A stretch of 59,430 nt of DNA, filler included, from Sphacelaria rigidula (taxonomy: Eukaryota), in the NCBI GenBank assembly GCA_964200075.2. It is 10 parts of 10 records of this genome, joined end to end, with 100 filler letters (N's around TTAATTAATTAA, not from the genome) between each part and the next. Parts side by side here need not be neighbours in the genome. Positions count along the whole stretch, not along the records: positions 11,908 to 17,760 come from CAXNAA020023960.1; positions 17,861 to 23,713 come from CAXNAA020023961.1; positions 23,814 to 29,666 come from CAXNAA020023962.1; 7 more parts are not named here. One strand, given 5' to 3'. This document shows positions 13,851 to 25,898 of this stretch, piece by piece (position 1 is the first letter of the stretch; the number at the start of each line of letters is the position of its first letter). Under the pieces are notes generated by a model that saw only the letters and a list, made by a program, of their open reading frames with translations, was not told where the DNA came from and did no database searches. The position numbers and the translations under genes were made by a program.

Positions 13851-14360
13851 TCAGCTATCTCTGCCCAATAATATGGCGTGATGCATGGTGCTATCTGGGA
13901 CAACGTATGCCCAGACCGCCAGGCTGGCAGATCGAGTGGTGTTGTGAAAAAATTGCACACTGAGACGTACGGATTTACGGGTGGTCAGTGGTGCGGCCGA
14001 GTCTCCGAAACCGCCCCACACTCGAGGCTTGGTGGTGGTTTCGTAAGCTGCAGTAGCAGCGCCAGTGTGTTTCATGTGTTTCCATGTTAATTCTCGAATA
14101 TACGTTTGCGGGCTGCCGCTGTCCAACAAGGATATGCATTTCCTAGGCGTGATAGCGTTTGGACTGGCATGGATCGCAACGCGAGTAGTAAAAGTGGCCG
14201 GATCGACTGACACTTTGCCGCCGACAAGATCCGGCGGTAAACTGGTCAGGATCAGCGGGGCTGACAGCAAAAACGCACGGCGGATCATCCGCCGGTGGGT
14301 CAGATGTCTCACAAGAGAAGGGGGTGGACGGTATATTATTTCCAGGTGTGGCACGGTCAC
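13851..14360 (-). pseudogene. pol: Retropepsin aspartic protease domain
   Basis: LLDSGS active site and ILLGRD motif, with a stop immediately after. Confidence 0.85.
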
Positions 14361-15376
14361 GGGCGATTTCGTAAATTATCGTCTTTGGTTGACAGGGATC
14401 ACCGTCAAAGGGGGATCCAGGACGTGCGGGGCTGGAGTCGTCGATTGAAGAAGTAGGGCCGTCAGAATCATGTAATTTTGCTTCTTCCGGGATACTTGAT
14501 AGAGCCGTCGAGCTCAAAGTCGTCGCATTTTGGAGAGAGTGAGGTCGAGGATTTCCGATCGAAAGAGGTGTACGTAATGATGCGCGCGCGTCCTTGGGAG
14601 CATGCTTACGGGGCTTCTTCTTTCGCCGTGACAAAGGTCGGGGAACTTCCAAAACATTTGGGAATAATACCACAACTGCGTCCAGTTGCGTGGATGGGGT
14701 CAGCATCGGGGCATGACGGAGCGAAACTTGTGGGCTGCTTTCCGTAGGCAAGTTTGGCTGTCGGGGCATTGCCGAAGATATATTGGGGCGGTTGTTGACA
14801 GAACCGGCCGAAGGCAGGTCCGTGCGTTCTCAAAAGCGCGGGGAAGGAGCCCGATCGAACTGATTGGGAATTACATGATCCGATGTGGTCAGGTTCAAAT
14901 CAGCAACACTTGGGTCAGCTGAAAAACGGCTTGCTGCTACCTGTGCGTGCGGTCGCTGAGGGAAGCCTTTGCCTCAGGGACTGGCGGTTGGTTTTCCCAC
15001 ACCTCAGACTTATACTCGGTACTGAAGGACCAAGTTCAGTGCCGGGTGTAGATCTGAGTCGCGGGGTGACACAACTGTTACGCGGTGTGTGGAGGGATGA
15101 AGACGGGGGTTGGTTTGAACGGCCGTCAGATGCACTCCTGCATAGGGCCGGGAGAGCCGGGCGGACAATCTTGGCCGCGGGCTCTGTGGGCTGTGCTAAA
15201 CATTTTGTGGAGGTTCGAGACGGGGATCGATATGAACGGCCGTCAGTTACGCTCCTGGATAGTGCCGGGGCAGTCGAGTCAGCAATTTTTGACACGGACT
15301 CCGCGGGCTGTGTTGAAAACGTCTTCGCTCGTGCTATCGACGGCGTGAAAGACCGAAGAACGCCGGCACCGGCACG

Positions 15377-16480
15377 TCATGGATCTAAGCGATCCGAAGT
15401 GAAGGTACCATGGTTTCTGGTGTTGGGATTAGAACTTTGTGTCGGTCCCGTCCGCTGGTGTCTATCAGCGGAACGTTTTTTGCCGCGAGAATTTTGATCG
15501 TTCTGGCGAGGGTTTCCGTAATTGTTGTTGTGTCGGCGACCGCGATTAGAGCTTTTGTTGCCACGTTGGTTCGAACTGCTGCGGTAATTTGGAGTTGGTG
15601 GACGATAATCGCGCATGCGTTTTTGCCATCGGCGCCACGCGGGTTCATGGTCCTGGAATTCAGGGTTCATGAGATTAAGGGCATTGATGCATGGACTGTC
15701 ACAGTCGCGCATGCTGTGGCCTTGAACACTACAGTTGATGCAACTGTTGGCATGACTGCTGAAGGCATTGCGTCTAGCGGAAGACGAAAGAAGTGGGTTC
15801 CCCAAATGGGGGTCATCGGTTATGAATGCCGCGGTTGAAGTCAGATAAACATCATCCCAAGTTTCCTCGGAAAACGGCCAGCCGTCAAAACTCGCGCTAA
15901 ATGCATCTCTGGTACTCTGAACATGCATAACTGAATCGGCGACTGAGTCGGGGGCCCATGAAGCGCGAGACGAGCTCGAATTCCTGCCGCGAGCCCCTTG
16001 GGCTTGAGCGGAGGACACAACCGTTGGTTGTGAACGCGCAGACGTTGAAGGTTTGCCACGTATGGCAGGGGTTAAATTACTCTCCTGGTGTACAAAGGCA
16101 CACCACATAGTATCAATGGAGGCGTAAGGCACCTCGCGATGCGTCAAGACACCCGGAAACAACGACGGCATCAGAGCCGGATACTGTTGAGCAACGCTAT
16201 TGCGAACGTAAATCTGACACATTGCATCGCTCGGTCCATTCTGGCGTCCGACACCCGTCGTACCCGAGACTAAAAGCTTAAATTCGCGGAGATAATCCGC
16301 GAAGGGGACATCAGATGCGACGACAAAAGTGCTCAGCCTCTGGATGACGCTGGCTTGATCACTTTTGTCAAAGTAACCTCTGAGACGCCTTTCAAAATCA
16401 GAGAGTAATATTGGGCCTGTCTTCCCTTGGGAATGATCCGGATCCATCTCGGCGAGGAACCCGTCGAGGGCCTGCGTCAA
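15377..16480 (-). CDS. gag: Gag-like protein with zinc knuckle
   Basis: CINCSVQGHSMRDC matches Cx2Cx4Hx4C and is followed by a basic R/N-rich tail. Confidence 0.8.
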   Translation of the reverse strand: MTQALDGFLAEMDPDHSQGKTGPILLSDFERRLRGYFDKSDQASVIQRLSTFVVASDVPFADYLREFKLLVSGTTGVGRQNGPSDAMCQIYVRNSVAQQYPALMPSLFPGVLTHREVPYASIDTMWCAFVHQESNLTPAIRGKPSTSARSQPTVVSSAQAQGARGRNSSSSRASWAPDSVADSVMHVQSTRDAFSASFDGWPFSEETWDDVYLTSTAAFITDDPHLGNPLLSSSARRNAFSSHANSCINCSVQGHSMRDCDSPCINALNLMNPEFQDHEPAWRRWQKRMRDYRPPTPNYRSSSNQRGNKSSNRGRRHNNNYGNPRQNDQNSRGKKRSADRHQRTGPTQSSNPNTRNHGTFTSDRLDP

Positions 16481-16546
16481 AGAAGCCGCGAGGTCTGGAG
16501 AGCGGCGGCTGATCGATCAATGCATTGCTTTGTGCAAGGGAGTCTG

Positions 16547-17746
16547 TCAGCCCTCTACCCAGTCTGAGTCTTCGAAACGTTGTGTGCCAGTCACATTCGC
16601 CAAGTGAAGGATCTTACAAACCGTGCGGCGGATGGACGTGATGAGGGCAGAAGTAAACTGGCCCGCATCTTCGTTATCCGCGGCAGGCATGGTTTTGATG
16701 TGCCAGAGTTTTTTCACATCCATCTGAATATACTGTCTCTGTATTGTAGCTAGTCGGGCAGACTCAGCTCGATCGGAAGCTGCTTTTTTGCTAGATTCCG
16801 AACGTTCTTTGTCAGCCGCGGCGGTTGCTAAAGCGCGGGCTGCAGTAGAAGACAAAGGACGGTCAGGTGTATCCGTATCGGACAAACCTAAAATGCGGGC
16901 CGAAACATCAGCCAACTTAGGAACCACTTGCCTGGGGGTCTCCGAGCCCGAGGCAAGAAGAGCTGCACCGGACCGGTTCCAGGCCGATGCCGATGAGCCG
17001 GGAAAGTTGCCTCCAGCGTGCTTGCCTTCCGTCTTGCGGGGCGGGCGGTTCGGTCCGGAACTGCTTGAAGAAGATCCTCCACCGCCATGGCGGCGGCGTG
17101 AATTCCCTCCATCAGTATCATCGTCATCGCGCTGGTGGTTTTTCTTCGGTCCCCGGCAGTTGGATGTTGCAGGGGTCCACCCATCTTCATCTTCGTCTCC
17201 GTTGAGGGTAGCGCCGGGCTGAGTTTTGATGGCAGCGCGAAGCGCCGCAAAACGTTCCCCGACCGCTTCAACGTAAGTGTGGTGATGCTGGTGATCGCCA
17301 ACGGTAGTCTTCAAAACTAGTTGGCCCAAGGTGAGCACCGAGACGCCTGCCTTGGGGAAGAAGCCGTTCTGGTCGACATACACCCCAACCGTGTAAAAAA
17401 TACGTTGGGATATCAACGCCCAGCCGGTTGGGGAGCAGTGCAGGTGGTTTCGCCGGTCGAAGGGACCGGTATAGGTCGACACAGGACGAGAAAGCCATTC
17501 TCGCTCGTGAGACACTAGTCGCAAGTTTGGCGAAGAAACTGTGTGCGGCACCGAGCTAACTCCGTGACGCGGCGGTGTCGGAGGCGTGGTGGTGGCGGTA
17601 GCGGCCGCAGCAGGCGACGTCCTATTGGACTTGCGAGGGATGACGTAAAACGCTCTGTACGACGCTCTGTTGGACGCTGGCAGGTGGGGCCTGAGCAAGT
17701 TGTCGGTGGAAGGCGGAGCGGCTTGATGGTGAGTCACCCGCGCCAT
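16547..17746 (-). CDS. Gypsy 5' ORF (gag N-terminal part or extra ORF), 399 aa
   Basis: Long ORF directly upstream of, and on the same strand as, the CCHC-bearing ORF. No recognised motif. Confidence 0.5.
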   Translation of the reverse strand: MARVTHHQAAPPSTDNLLRPHLPASNRASYRAFYVIPRKSNRTSPAAAATATTTPPTPPRHGVSSVPHTVSSPNLRLVSHEREWLSRPVSTYTGPFDRRNHLHCSPTGWALISQRIFYTVGVYVDQNGFFPKAGVSVLTLGQLVLKTTVGDHQHHHTYVEAVGERFAALRAAIKTQPGATLNGDEDEDGWTPATSNCRGPKKNHQRDDDDTDGGNSRRRHGGGGSSSSSSGPNRPPRKTEGKHAGGNFPGSSASAWNRSGAALLASGSETPRQVVPKLADVSARILGLSDTDTPDRPLSSTAARALATAAADKERSESSKKAASDRAESARLATIQRQYIQMDVKKLWHIKTMPAADNEDAGQFTSALITSIRRTVCKILHLANVTGTQRFEDSDWVEG

Positions 17747-17903
17747 CGACGATTCAGCTTNNNNNNNNNNNNNNNNNNNNNNNNNNNNNNNNNNNNNNNN
17801 NNNNTTAATTAATTAANNNNNNNNNNNNNNNNNNNNNNNNNNNNNNNNNNNNNNNNNNNNGGCATGCATGATCATGAGTATACCCCCCTCCCCCCCCCTC
17901 CCC

Positions 17904-18191
17904 GTAGTGTTGGAATGGAGAGACCCCCATGAGGCAGTGTAGAACCAGTGGCTGTCTCTGCATGTGGCGATACCAGACAATGAAGCAAACCATCGGATGC
18001 TGTCATCCATATGCAAGGTAATACATACACTTCGGGCTGAACAATCTTGGCAGGATACAGCTGACCCTTTATGCGATTCTTCGAACACGCGTCGCTTGGT
18101 GTGAAAGCCCGGCGTGCTCCGCCCCGGCTTTGTAGGGATGCAATGTCAATGGTCTCATGACTACGACAGACAATATCATGAGTACACCCCC
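17904..18191 (+). mobile_element. Family D element, long form, directly after the C-run of another copy (17861-17903)
   Basis: Starts GTAGTGTT like 23549 and ends ATGAGTACA-CCCCC. Flanks CCCCCCTCCCC and CCCCCATCCCC resemble a TSD. Confidence 0.8.
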
Positions 18192-21100
18192 ATCCCCTAT
18201 CCTGAAACCACGAATTTCAGCCGCAGGGGCTGTGTAATCTTTTCTCCTCGTCATGATCACCCTTGACGTGGTTGGAGTGTGTGTGCTCCATGTGCAAATT
18301 TCCCTCCTTGCTCGTGGAGTATTGTACGTGTGCCGCATCTTGAGTCAGCAAGACCCCAGGGCTTTCATCTCCTCTGCAACTGCAACAGCCCCCTAATTCT
18401 TTATGCGCTCTTGTCAGGAGTCATCACCCAGGCATGATCGATTTACTCAACGCCTGAGTATACATGCACATGGCGACAATGCTGGTCGCGTGACGTTCTC
18501 AACATTTCATTTTTTTGGGTGATTGTCTCCGCATTTGCTGTACTCCATGCGCTATCCCCCGTTCAAACATATTTAGTTCCTACCGTTGACCTTGGGGGAG
18601 GGGAGGCGCGGATTATATATATGGAATCCTACCCCATGCGAACCCCCTGCTCGTGTCGATTCAAAAGAGGGTGAGAGTGATTTGTCTTTTTAACCGTACT
18701 TGGCCACTGGGAGTCGAGTTGGCCGCGGGGATCATGGAAAGGCATCAGCTTCAGTTTCTGTCTCAGAACGAAACATGCGTGCGATGAAGAACATGAAGGA
18801 AGGCAAAGGAGTAAGCGGGGCTAGGCCCACTGATATGACCCGCGGTAACTATACAGGAAATTATGACCTCATTAAGGGAGTCAGGTGGCCTTGGACGAAA
18901 CTGCTTGTACACCTTGTTGGCGGCCATGAATGTACAGTCAGTGGGCCTATTTGCGACAAATTTGCGGCGAAACGTCCACTGCTTTTGGAGAAAGTTGCGG
19001 CAACTCCGAGGCGAGAAGGTGTACTTGGGGCGCGTTCGTCGCTTTAGGGTTGTCCTACTCGTAGCCGACTGGTAGTGGTTGAGACTTGTGAGGCTTGGTT
19101 GAAGCTGTTGCATTTTTCACACAGGTCGTGTATGGTGAGGCGGGAGAAGAACGTGGCGAGCATTGCCCCGACACTCTTTATTTGTACACGATTCAAGCAT
19201 GTAGACATCTATCATCGCCAATCCAAAGGCTCCTTGTATCGAATACACTACCCGCATCACGTTCTCGAAGCCGTTGCGACTCAAGCGAGAACCGCTGTTT
19301 TTTTCTGCCTCCTATGCCCGCCCTGGCTCCGGGAACGCACGAAAAGTTTCTTAGCCGAATCGCGCGTCCTGTCGCCCGGGGAAAACGTTTCCACGCCTTT
19401 GGGGTCTGATACGTGACGTTTCACATCATCCATCTTATGTCTATGGTCAACGCCGTCATGTAATTGTTAGCTCTCCTCTTCCTCTTCCTCTTCCCTGTCG
19501 TCATCCTGCTCCTGTTCTCCCTCGCTGCTCTCTGGATCTGTGTCGCTGTTCTGACTGTCCGAGTCATTGCGGCTGACATCGCCATTCCCGGTGCCTTCGT
19601 TCGTCGGACCCCTAAGCTCTTCGCAGGTCCCGCCTTAGGTTGATGTCTTCCGTCCGATGATGTCACCACCACTCTATTCAACTCGTTGTTGGTGCCCGTT
19701 TCCCCGTGGTCTACCCCCTCTTCCCAGACTGTCGCTTCGGACACTTGCCGAAAGCGGCGAATCAACTCTCATCCATCTTTCAAGACAGCGTGCTCTTCAT
19801 TACCAATACCTTCGCTGTGAGGTTCGTTAGAAGCAGCGCGGGCTCATGTACGCGAGAAGTAGTCTGGTCGTATCGCGGCCGAAGTCAGGACCGAAGGGGC
19901 TTATCCATTCGCCAGCAGCGTTTCGCGGGGTGATGGTGGCGACCGGTAACTCGAGTCCCTGATGCTGGCCTGCAGCCTTGGCGCACAAGTTCCAACACGC
20001 AATCCAAGTCCTGTCCGATTTAGAGGATGAAAACGTCGGGAGGGTGCGTATACACTGATCGGGCTTAGCTCACGCTTGGCATAGTTTTTGTTGCTCTGCC
20101 CAACAGCCAGGGCGTATATGTGGACAAACTCTTGTCATCAGAGACGTGGAAGGAGTGTGTGGCGCGAAGGTAAGCAAGGCGACGTACCTGTGCCTACAAG
20201 ACGCCTCATGCTGCTGAAGTTGCGCCTCGCCCAGGCCCCGTACAGCATGCTTGAGCGTCTGTCGGCGGACTGTAATCCTCCCATCCTGCCATCTTCTAGT
20301 GTCCACGGAAGCCTCGCAATGCGCACTTTTTTGGATTCCTTTGCAGCAGATCTCGATGCTTCTTTGGTGATGGCGCTGGCCTTGTGGGGCATATTGGAGA
20401 AGTGATGGCGGTGGGCTGTCCATTTACCCGTTTACTCCTTTGTCCATTTAGCGGATCACAAACATGGTGGGTTGAATGACCGAGCTTCGCTTCTATGGTG
20501 TGGCGATCACGTATGACTGTGGGATGCGGGAGGCTAAATGCGAAGCTAATCCCCAACCCGACCTGCACATAGTGACAAGTAAGGGTTCAGTGCCAGACGC
20601 ATCAGGCAAAGCACGATGTGTTGAAAATTATGTGACATACGTGCATACACGAATATACAACGTAGCGCAGGCTCTGGCCATGCATTATGCGACTGATTAC
20701 ACGACTGATTACACGATAGACACTGCCGTGAGAATATTGTCGGTCGTGTACGCAGCATTCGAATTGTATTCTTGACGCTCGCAGCGTATATTGCCTTTCC
20801 TTTTGTGTTGAAAGTCTATCCGAACACATCGGCAAGAACCTAACACCGACGGCTTCGATCTCAATGTATTCAATTGCACACGATCGTACGACCAGCCACC
20901 GTGAAGATTTGGTTGGTAAGAGACGGAGCTAGCTCCCTATTTTGTACCGAGTGTGAAAATTAGCCGACCTCCCGCGAACGTGTGAAGCGTACGATCCTCC
21001 CTCCCGCAAACGGGTACTATCGTGGACAAAAATGACATGCCAACTCTGGGCTTCGCAGCCTACAGCGAGGCAGTCTCCTTGCGCATCGCGTCACGCGCCC

Positions 21101-22754
21101 ACGTTGAATTTGCCGTTCCGTTTTAATGCAATGCATGTTCTCTTTATTGCTCGTGATGGGCAGCTGCGCGTAACTTACGTTCTCCCCCACGTGACGGTTC
21201 TCGCTGTAAATAATTCCAAAGGGATTGTATCAGTACAAACAACGCCAACTCGGCGTCAAAACTTCATGGTCGTGAAGCACCCGTAAATCCACGTCGACAG
21301 TACAGTCGTACGATGACCACACGGTATCGTACCGTTCGTTCTTATTCTGCGGCCATAGTTAACAAGGGAAGCTCACGCCAATTGCGTCGCATATCTATCC
21401 TCACCTGCCGATCCTTTCTTCACTACCTGTGAAAGCGCTTCCTCCACGGACCGAACAGCTATCACAATCTACGGCAGCGCAGATATCGGCGATATCAGCA
21501 ATCTATCACACAACAGCAACTCGATTTCACTCTCTGTCGCCACACGGGTACAAAAGTTGAAATATTGAAGTCACAAGTCAGCCAGGTTTTTTCCGTCGAC
21601 GATTCACACGCCGACAGCGTTTTTAGTTGCTCAGAAGCACAGCGCAGCACGGGATACTGCACAAAATAACCTCAAGAATTGAGAATTTCGAGAAATTTCA
21701 AGTGGTGTTGTAGGATCAAAACGCCAAAACCCCATGAAACTCCGAAAACTTCGAAATGGAAACTGAAAAGTTCAGAGCGGAAGCTCTGATGACGTGGCTT
21801 GACGTGGCTCTATTATTGGTGATTGGCCGCAGGTTACCCCTCCACATGTGCGATCAACCATCCCATTTAAAGATACACTCATCACACCACTGCACCGCTG
21901 TCAAGTCTCGAGTGCTGGCAGTTCATTATTTATGGACTGCACGCTACAGTGCAGTGCAGTTCAGTGCAGTGCAGTGCAGTGCAGTATACAGCGCGTGGCA
22001 ATGCAGAACAACACATGGCAATGAAGAACAACACATGACGATACGGCACGGTACGATGGTACATGAGACGCGATACTTCCAACCAAAGGACAGACAAGAC
22101 CGCATGGCAACGATTTTGCATTATGCCACCCACAACGGTGGGGGGGGGGCGTCATGAGCTCTAACGGAACGGTAGTGCAGCACTGCTGCTGCGTGGTAGA
22201 CTACGAGTCATTCCTGCCTCGTCTTCCAGCTGAACACACACGAGGGTGGCATTAGTGAGGAGCTGTTCTCAAGTCAATGCCTTGTGCGTACCGAGCACTT
22301 CAATTTCAACCAACACAGCGAAGCAAGTGCTGCTGATACCTGTGACGTCGGCAAGGAGCTTGCCTGTCTGCAACGTCAAACGTTTCTCCTTCATGCCTGG
22401 TCCATCTTGATGAGGATACCATGTGTGGTGGATGTGCCACATTGCTTGTTATGGGTATGTTGACTGTGAACTGGCTGTGATAGTGGTGTTGGGTGCGGCT
22501 CACGTTCCTCCTGGCTACCCCGAACACTGAAGCGCCAGTTCTGACTCGGTCCCGAAACAGAGCTGTGACCCTGAGACCGTTCATCCTTAACTGTCTTGCA
22601 GCATTCAAAGTGTGCCGTTACCGATTTTTTTCTGTTTGCGCTCTGATCCTGAAACACGAAAAAACAGTTTTCCGAAACTCTCTGATGACAACCTCAAACG
22701 CTCAACAGGTCAATGGCCTCCGGTGAATTCCTCAGCACGCCTCCGGTAGACTCG

Positions 22755-22882
22755 ATGGCGGACGTCTCGCTCGAAGACTCCTCGCCCACAGCGCAGGCGG
22801 GGTACGTGTCTCCCCTACCCATGAAAATGGATCCGCCTCCTCCCTATGATGCACAACCGACCATCGTCAAGAAACGGAGCCC
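22755..22882 (+). CDS. Probable first coding exon of an unknown protein with a PPxY motif
   Basis: ATG-initiated MADVSLEDSSPTAQAGYVSPLPMKMDPPPPYDAQPTIVKKRS ending at a canonical gtgagt donor. Confidence 0.55.
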
Positions 22883-23548
22883 GTGAGTTCTGATTTGATC
22901 ATGATTTATTTGCTGGTGTTGTTGGCTGACTCCCTCGGGTGGGTGGGTGGGTGGGTGGGTGGGATGGGCGGGGTGGGGATATGAGCGCAGTAGAACCGAG
23001 CTGTAGCCCGTACATGAAGTTGGAAAGAAATCTCACCTTGCGAGTTGCGGTATGTGTGGCCGAGGGACGTCAGTAATAATCGGTTTTGGGTTGATATATG
23101 CCACTAGCAGTAACGCGGAGGATGCTTTAGGAGGTAGGGGTAGGTGGAGGTTGGGTGGAAGGCGGATCTATTCATTTTTGTGTAGCTGTTGGACATTGTC
23201 TATGTAGGTTTGGATACGTTCATTTTTACCTTGCACCTGTGCAGAAGAGTTGAGCTGTTTTTTTTTTCTTTCTTACCCCTGTTCGATCTGATAAGGATAT
23301 TTCTATCCAGTCTTTTTTTTTGTGTTCCTATTTTATCTCGCTCCTTGTCAACCCCCGATGGTGTTGGAGTCGGTTGGCGATGCCGCTATAAAACACGCCA
23401 CTCACTGCGTAAGCTAGGCAACCACGTTACCGATTTTGTTTCGCGCGCTTGCGTTGTTTTTTGTGGTGATGATGATGGAAGTCGACCTAGATCATGTTGT
23501 GCGGCGTGAGAGAACATGAACTCCCCACATTGAGGATGATTGTACTAC

Positions 23549-23713
23549 GTAGTGTTTTGATGGTGAAACACCCATGAGGCAGTGTAAAATCCGCGGCTGT
23601 CTCAAGAAGTGGCGATACCAGAAAATGAAGCAACTCATTGTAGGCTGTCATCCAAATGGAAGATGATCAGTAGGCTTCGGGCCGAATAATCTTGGCAGGA
23701 TGCAGCTCACCCT
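23549..23713 (+). mobile_element. Family D element, 5' part (cut by contig end)
   Basis: Colinear with 17904-18068. Confidence 0.8.
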
Positions 23714-25445
23714 NNNNNNNNNNNNNNNNNNNNNNNNNNNNNNNNNNNNNNNNNNNNTTAATTAATTAANNNNNNNNNNNNNNNNNNNNNNNNNNNNNNN
23801 NNNNNNNNNNNNNAACCCCATCGGGGGTCCGCCCCTACAAAGGCGAGACGGAGCACGCCGGGTTCTTGCCGGAGGAGCAGGTAGGGGGGACAGGTTGAAA
23901 ATAATGGTACGGAAAGGACATGTAGCACGTGGTTACAATCTGTCAAGTGCACAGCAGATCAAGACGGTCGACCTCAACAGGTAATACCGTATGCGGTGAA
24001 GAAGACCATGCCGTGAATTTTGTTATGAGCGATCTCCATAAAAAAAGGGCTCGTCTCCCACAGATAGAGGTACAGTAACTCAAAGTGAAGTAAAATATCT
24101 TGGCGATTATGGCCCACACCCGAGATCAGGGAAAGAAGTATCGAATGGGACATGTCCTGTACCACTGTTCTGCAGCACAAGCACACTCATGCTCTGCCTT
24201 GTGTGCTGTAGGTGTCGCTGCGCTGTGGCGTTTCAGGCCTTTGTGGAGACGATTCGCTCTCCGCTGGGAGTACCTGAGTTGCTTTTTATATTATCATTCC
24301 GTTCGTCTCTACGTATGAAAAATAATCTTGTCGGGACGCAGTGCTCTCTACACACCGTTAAAAAGCTCATGGTGCGTTGGCTCTTTCGTCTCGAGTCAAG
24401 GGAATAAGGCACTCCACAAACCCATTATTTCTATACCGTAGTTTTCGCTGTGCTGTTGGGCACCTAAACACTAGAGAGTGCCTGAGCAGTCGTACTGCTG
24501 CATGCCGTGTTTCAGGCTGCACAGAAGTAGGGTGGGATGAAGGTGCTGTCGAAACAAAGAAAGGTTGAAACAATCGTCACGTCACGGCTGTACAGCTGTC
24601 TGTTGTGTCTCCTCTGGTACTTCAGTTATAGTCGGGTGCTGTGATCGCGGAGGACACGCCAGGCGGGTGCGTGCAGGCTGGGACAAACAAACTGAGCCAG
24701 CACGGAGCTGCTGTATCCTCGTTTATTGCCGGAAGCAGCTGTCTGTGCCGCAGCGGCGCAATGTGTCGGCCAATCGAAGCTGGTTTTTGACTTCATTGCT
24801 GCTAATATCTCTCATCTGATTGAAGAAACATCGTCGCATTTTGGTGTATTCAAAGACTCCGATTGGTCGAGAAACTTCGCAACTCATAAATGTTGCCCCT
24901 ATCTATGGGCCCAGTTCCTGAATAAGAGAACACCGTACTGTGTCAAGGCAGAGTACCGCACCTCAGCCATTCTGGATTTCACGCAATACTGAGTGTTCCT
25001 GATTACCTGTGGCACCGACTGCCGACATTACAGTATTTCTGGCTAGGGTATCCAGGTTGTTGTCGACTGCCGAAAATATCGAGTATGTCTCACTCCCAAC
25101 CCCTATTTTACCATATCCATCTTTGGAAGAGCAACGTAGCAAGATAGCAAGATAGATGAAGCTACTCGCAGGGTGAGGGCGTGGGCACTAGTTTGCTATG
25201 TCGTTCAAAAGGTACCTACCTTCGTTCTCTACCCTCTCCTCCGCACCAGTTCCCAGCACAAGCCATCATACTGCCATGCCTTCCAGGGATCACCCCGTCA
25301 GTTTTGTGTTCCGGTGAAAATCTTCTCTCGTGTATTTGGCGTGCCGAAAACTAGCGTGTGTTTGCTCTGGAAGATGACACTATCGTGTTCCTACGCGCGT
25401 GCTCCCGCGTGCAATATGAATGTGCATGCGTATATTTTGGTGTAG

Positions 25446-25583
25446 GTGGGAGCTAAGGTGTATGCCTTGAAGAATCACGCCAAATATCTGACGGCGGACA
25501 AACTGGCGAAAACGAGCGGGACGGATGCGTCGAATTGTCATGACGAGGAGGCTGACGAGGAGGAGTTTTCGGACGATGAAAAG
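25446..25583 (+). CDS. NAF1: H/ACA RNP assembly factor NAF1, internal exon
   Basis: GTDASNCHDEEADEEEFSDDEK matches the conserved Naf1 GxDASNxxDEE...FSDDExE motif. Acceptor tag, donor gtgagt, phase 0. Confidence 0.85.
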
Positions 25584-25799
25584 GTGAGTGCCAAGACAAC
25601 AAACCCTCTGCTGTATCGTATCCTCAATTTGATTTGATTCGTCGATTGAATGGTGGTCGCGCATCAACTGACCCCCGCGGAATCCGGCCATGGTTTCAAG
25701 AATGGTGTGTACTTGAAGCGAACAGAGCGGAAATATTTGGTATTCAGTCGTTGATACTCGTAGTCCAGATGCAAAGGTACGCCTTTTGCCACGCCTTAA

Positions 25800-25898
25800 C
25801 CCTTAGACCGCGAGGTTAGTCTCCTGTTGAATCTGCATCAATTTCAAGTGAAGAAAAAGTATGCATGATCCAGAAAGACTAATCTCGCGGTCTACGGG
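25800..25898. mobile_element. 99-bp piggyBac-type MITE (family C) in the NAF1 intron
   Basis: TTAA on both sides (25796-25799 and 25899-25902), CCC...GGG ends, 23-bp TIR with 2 mismatches. Confidence 0.88.

Larger units (their letters stand above)
11908..17760 (-). mobile_element. Ty3/Gypsy LTR retrotransposon internal region, decayed; LTRs and integrase lie outside the contig
   Basis: Domain order gag(CCHC)-protease-RT-RNase H with no integrase between protease and RT. Multiple stops and frameshifts. Confidence 0.93.

Noticed and set aside
17904..23713. Direct repeats at both ends of contig 4 as LTRs of one element
   Set aside because: They are diverged family D copies also found elsewhere. 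No TG..CA ends, PBS/PPT or pol motifs lie between them.
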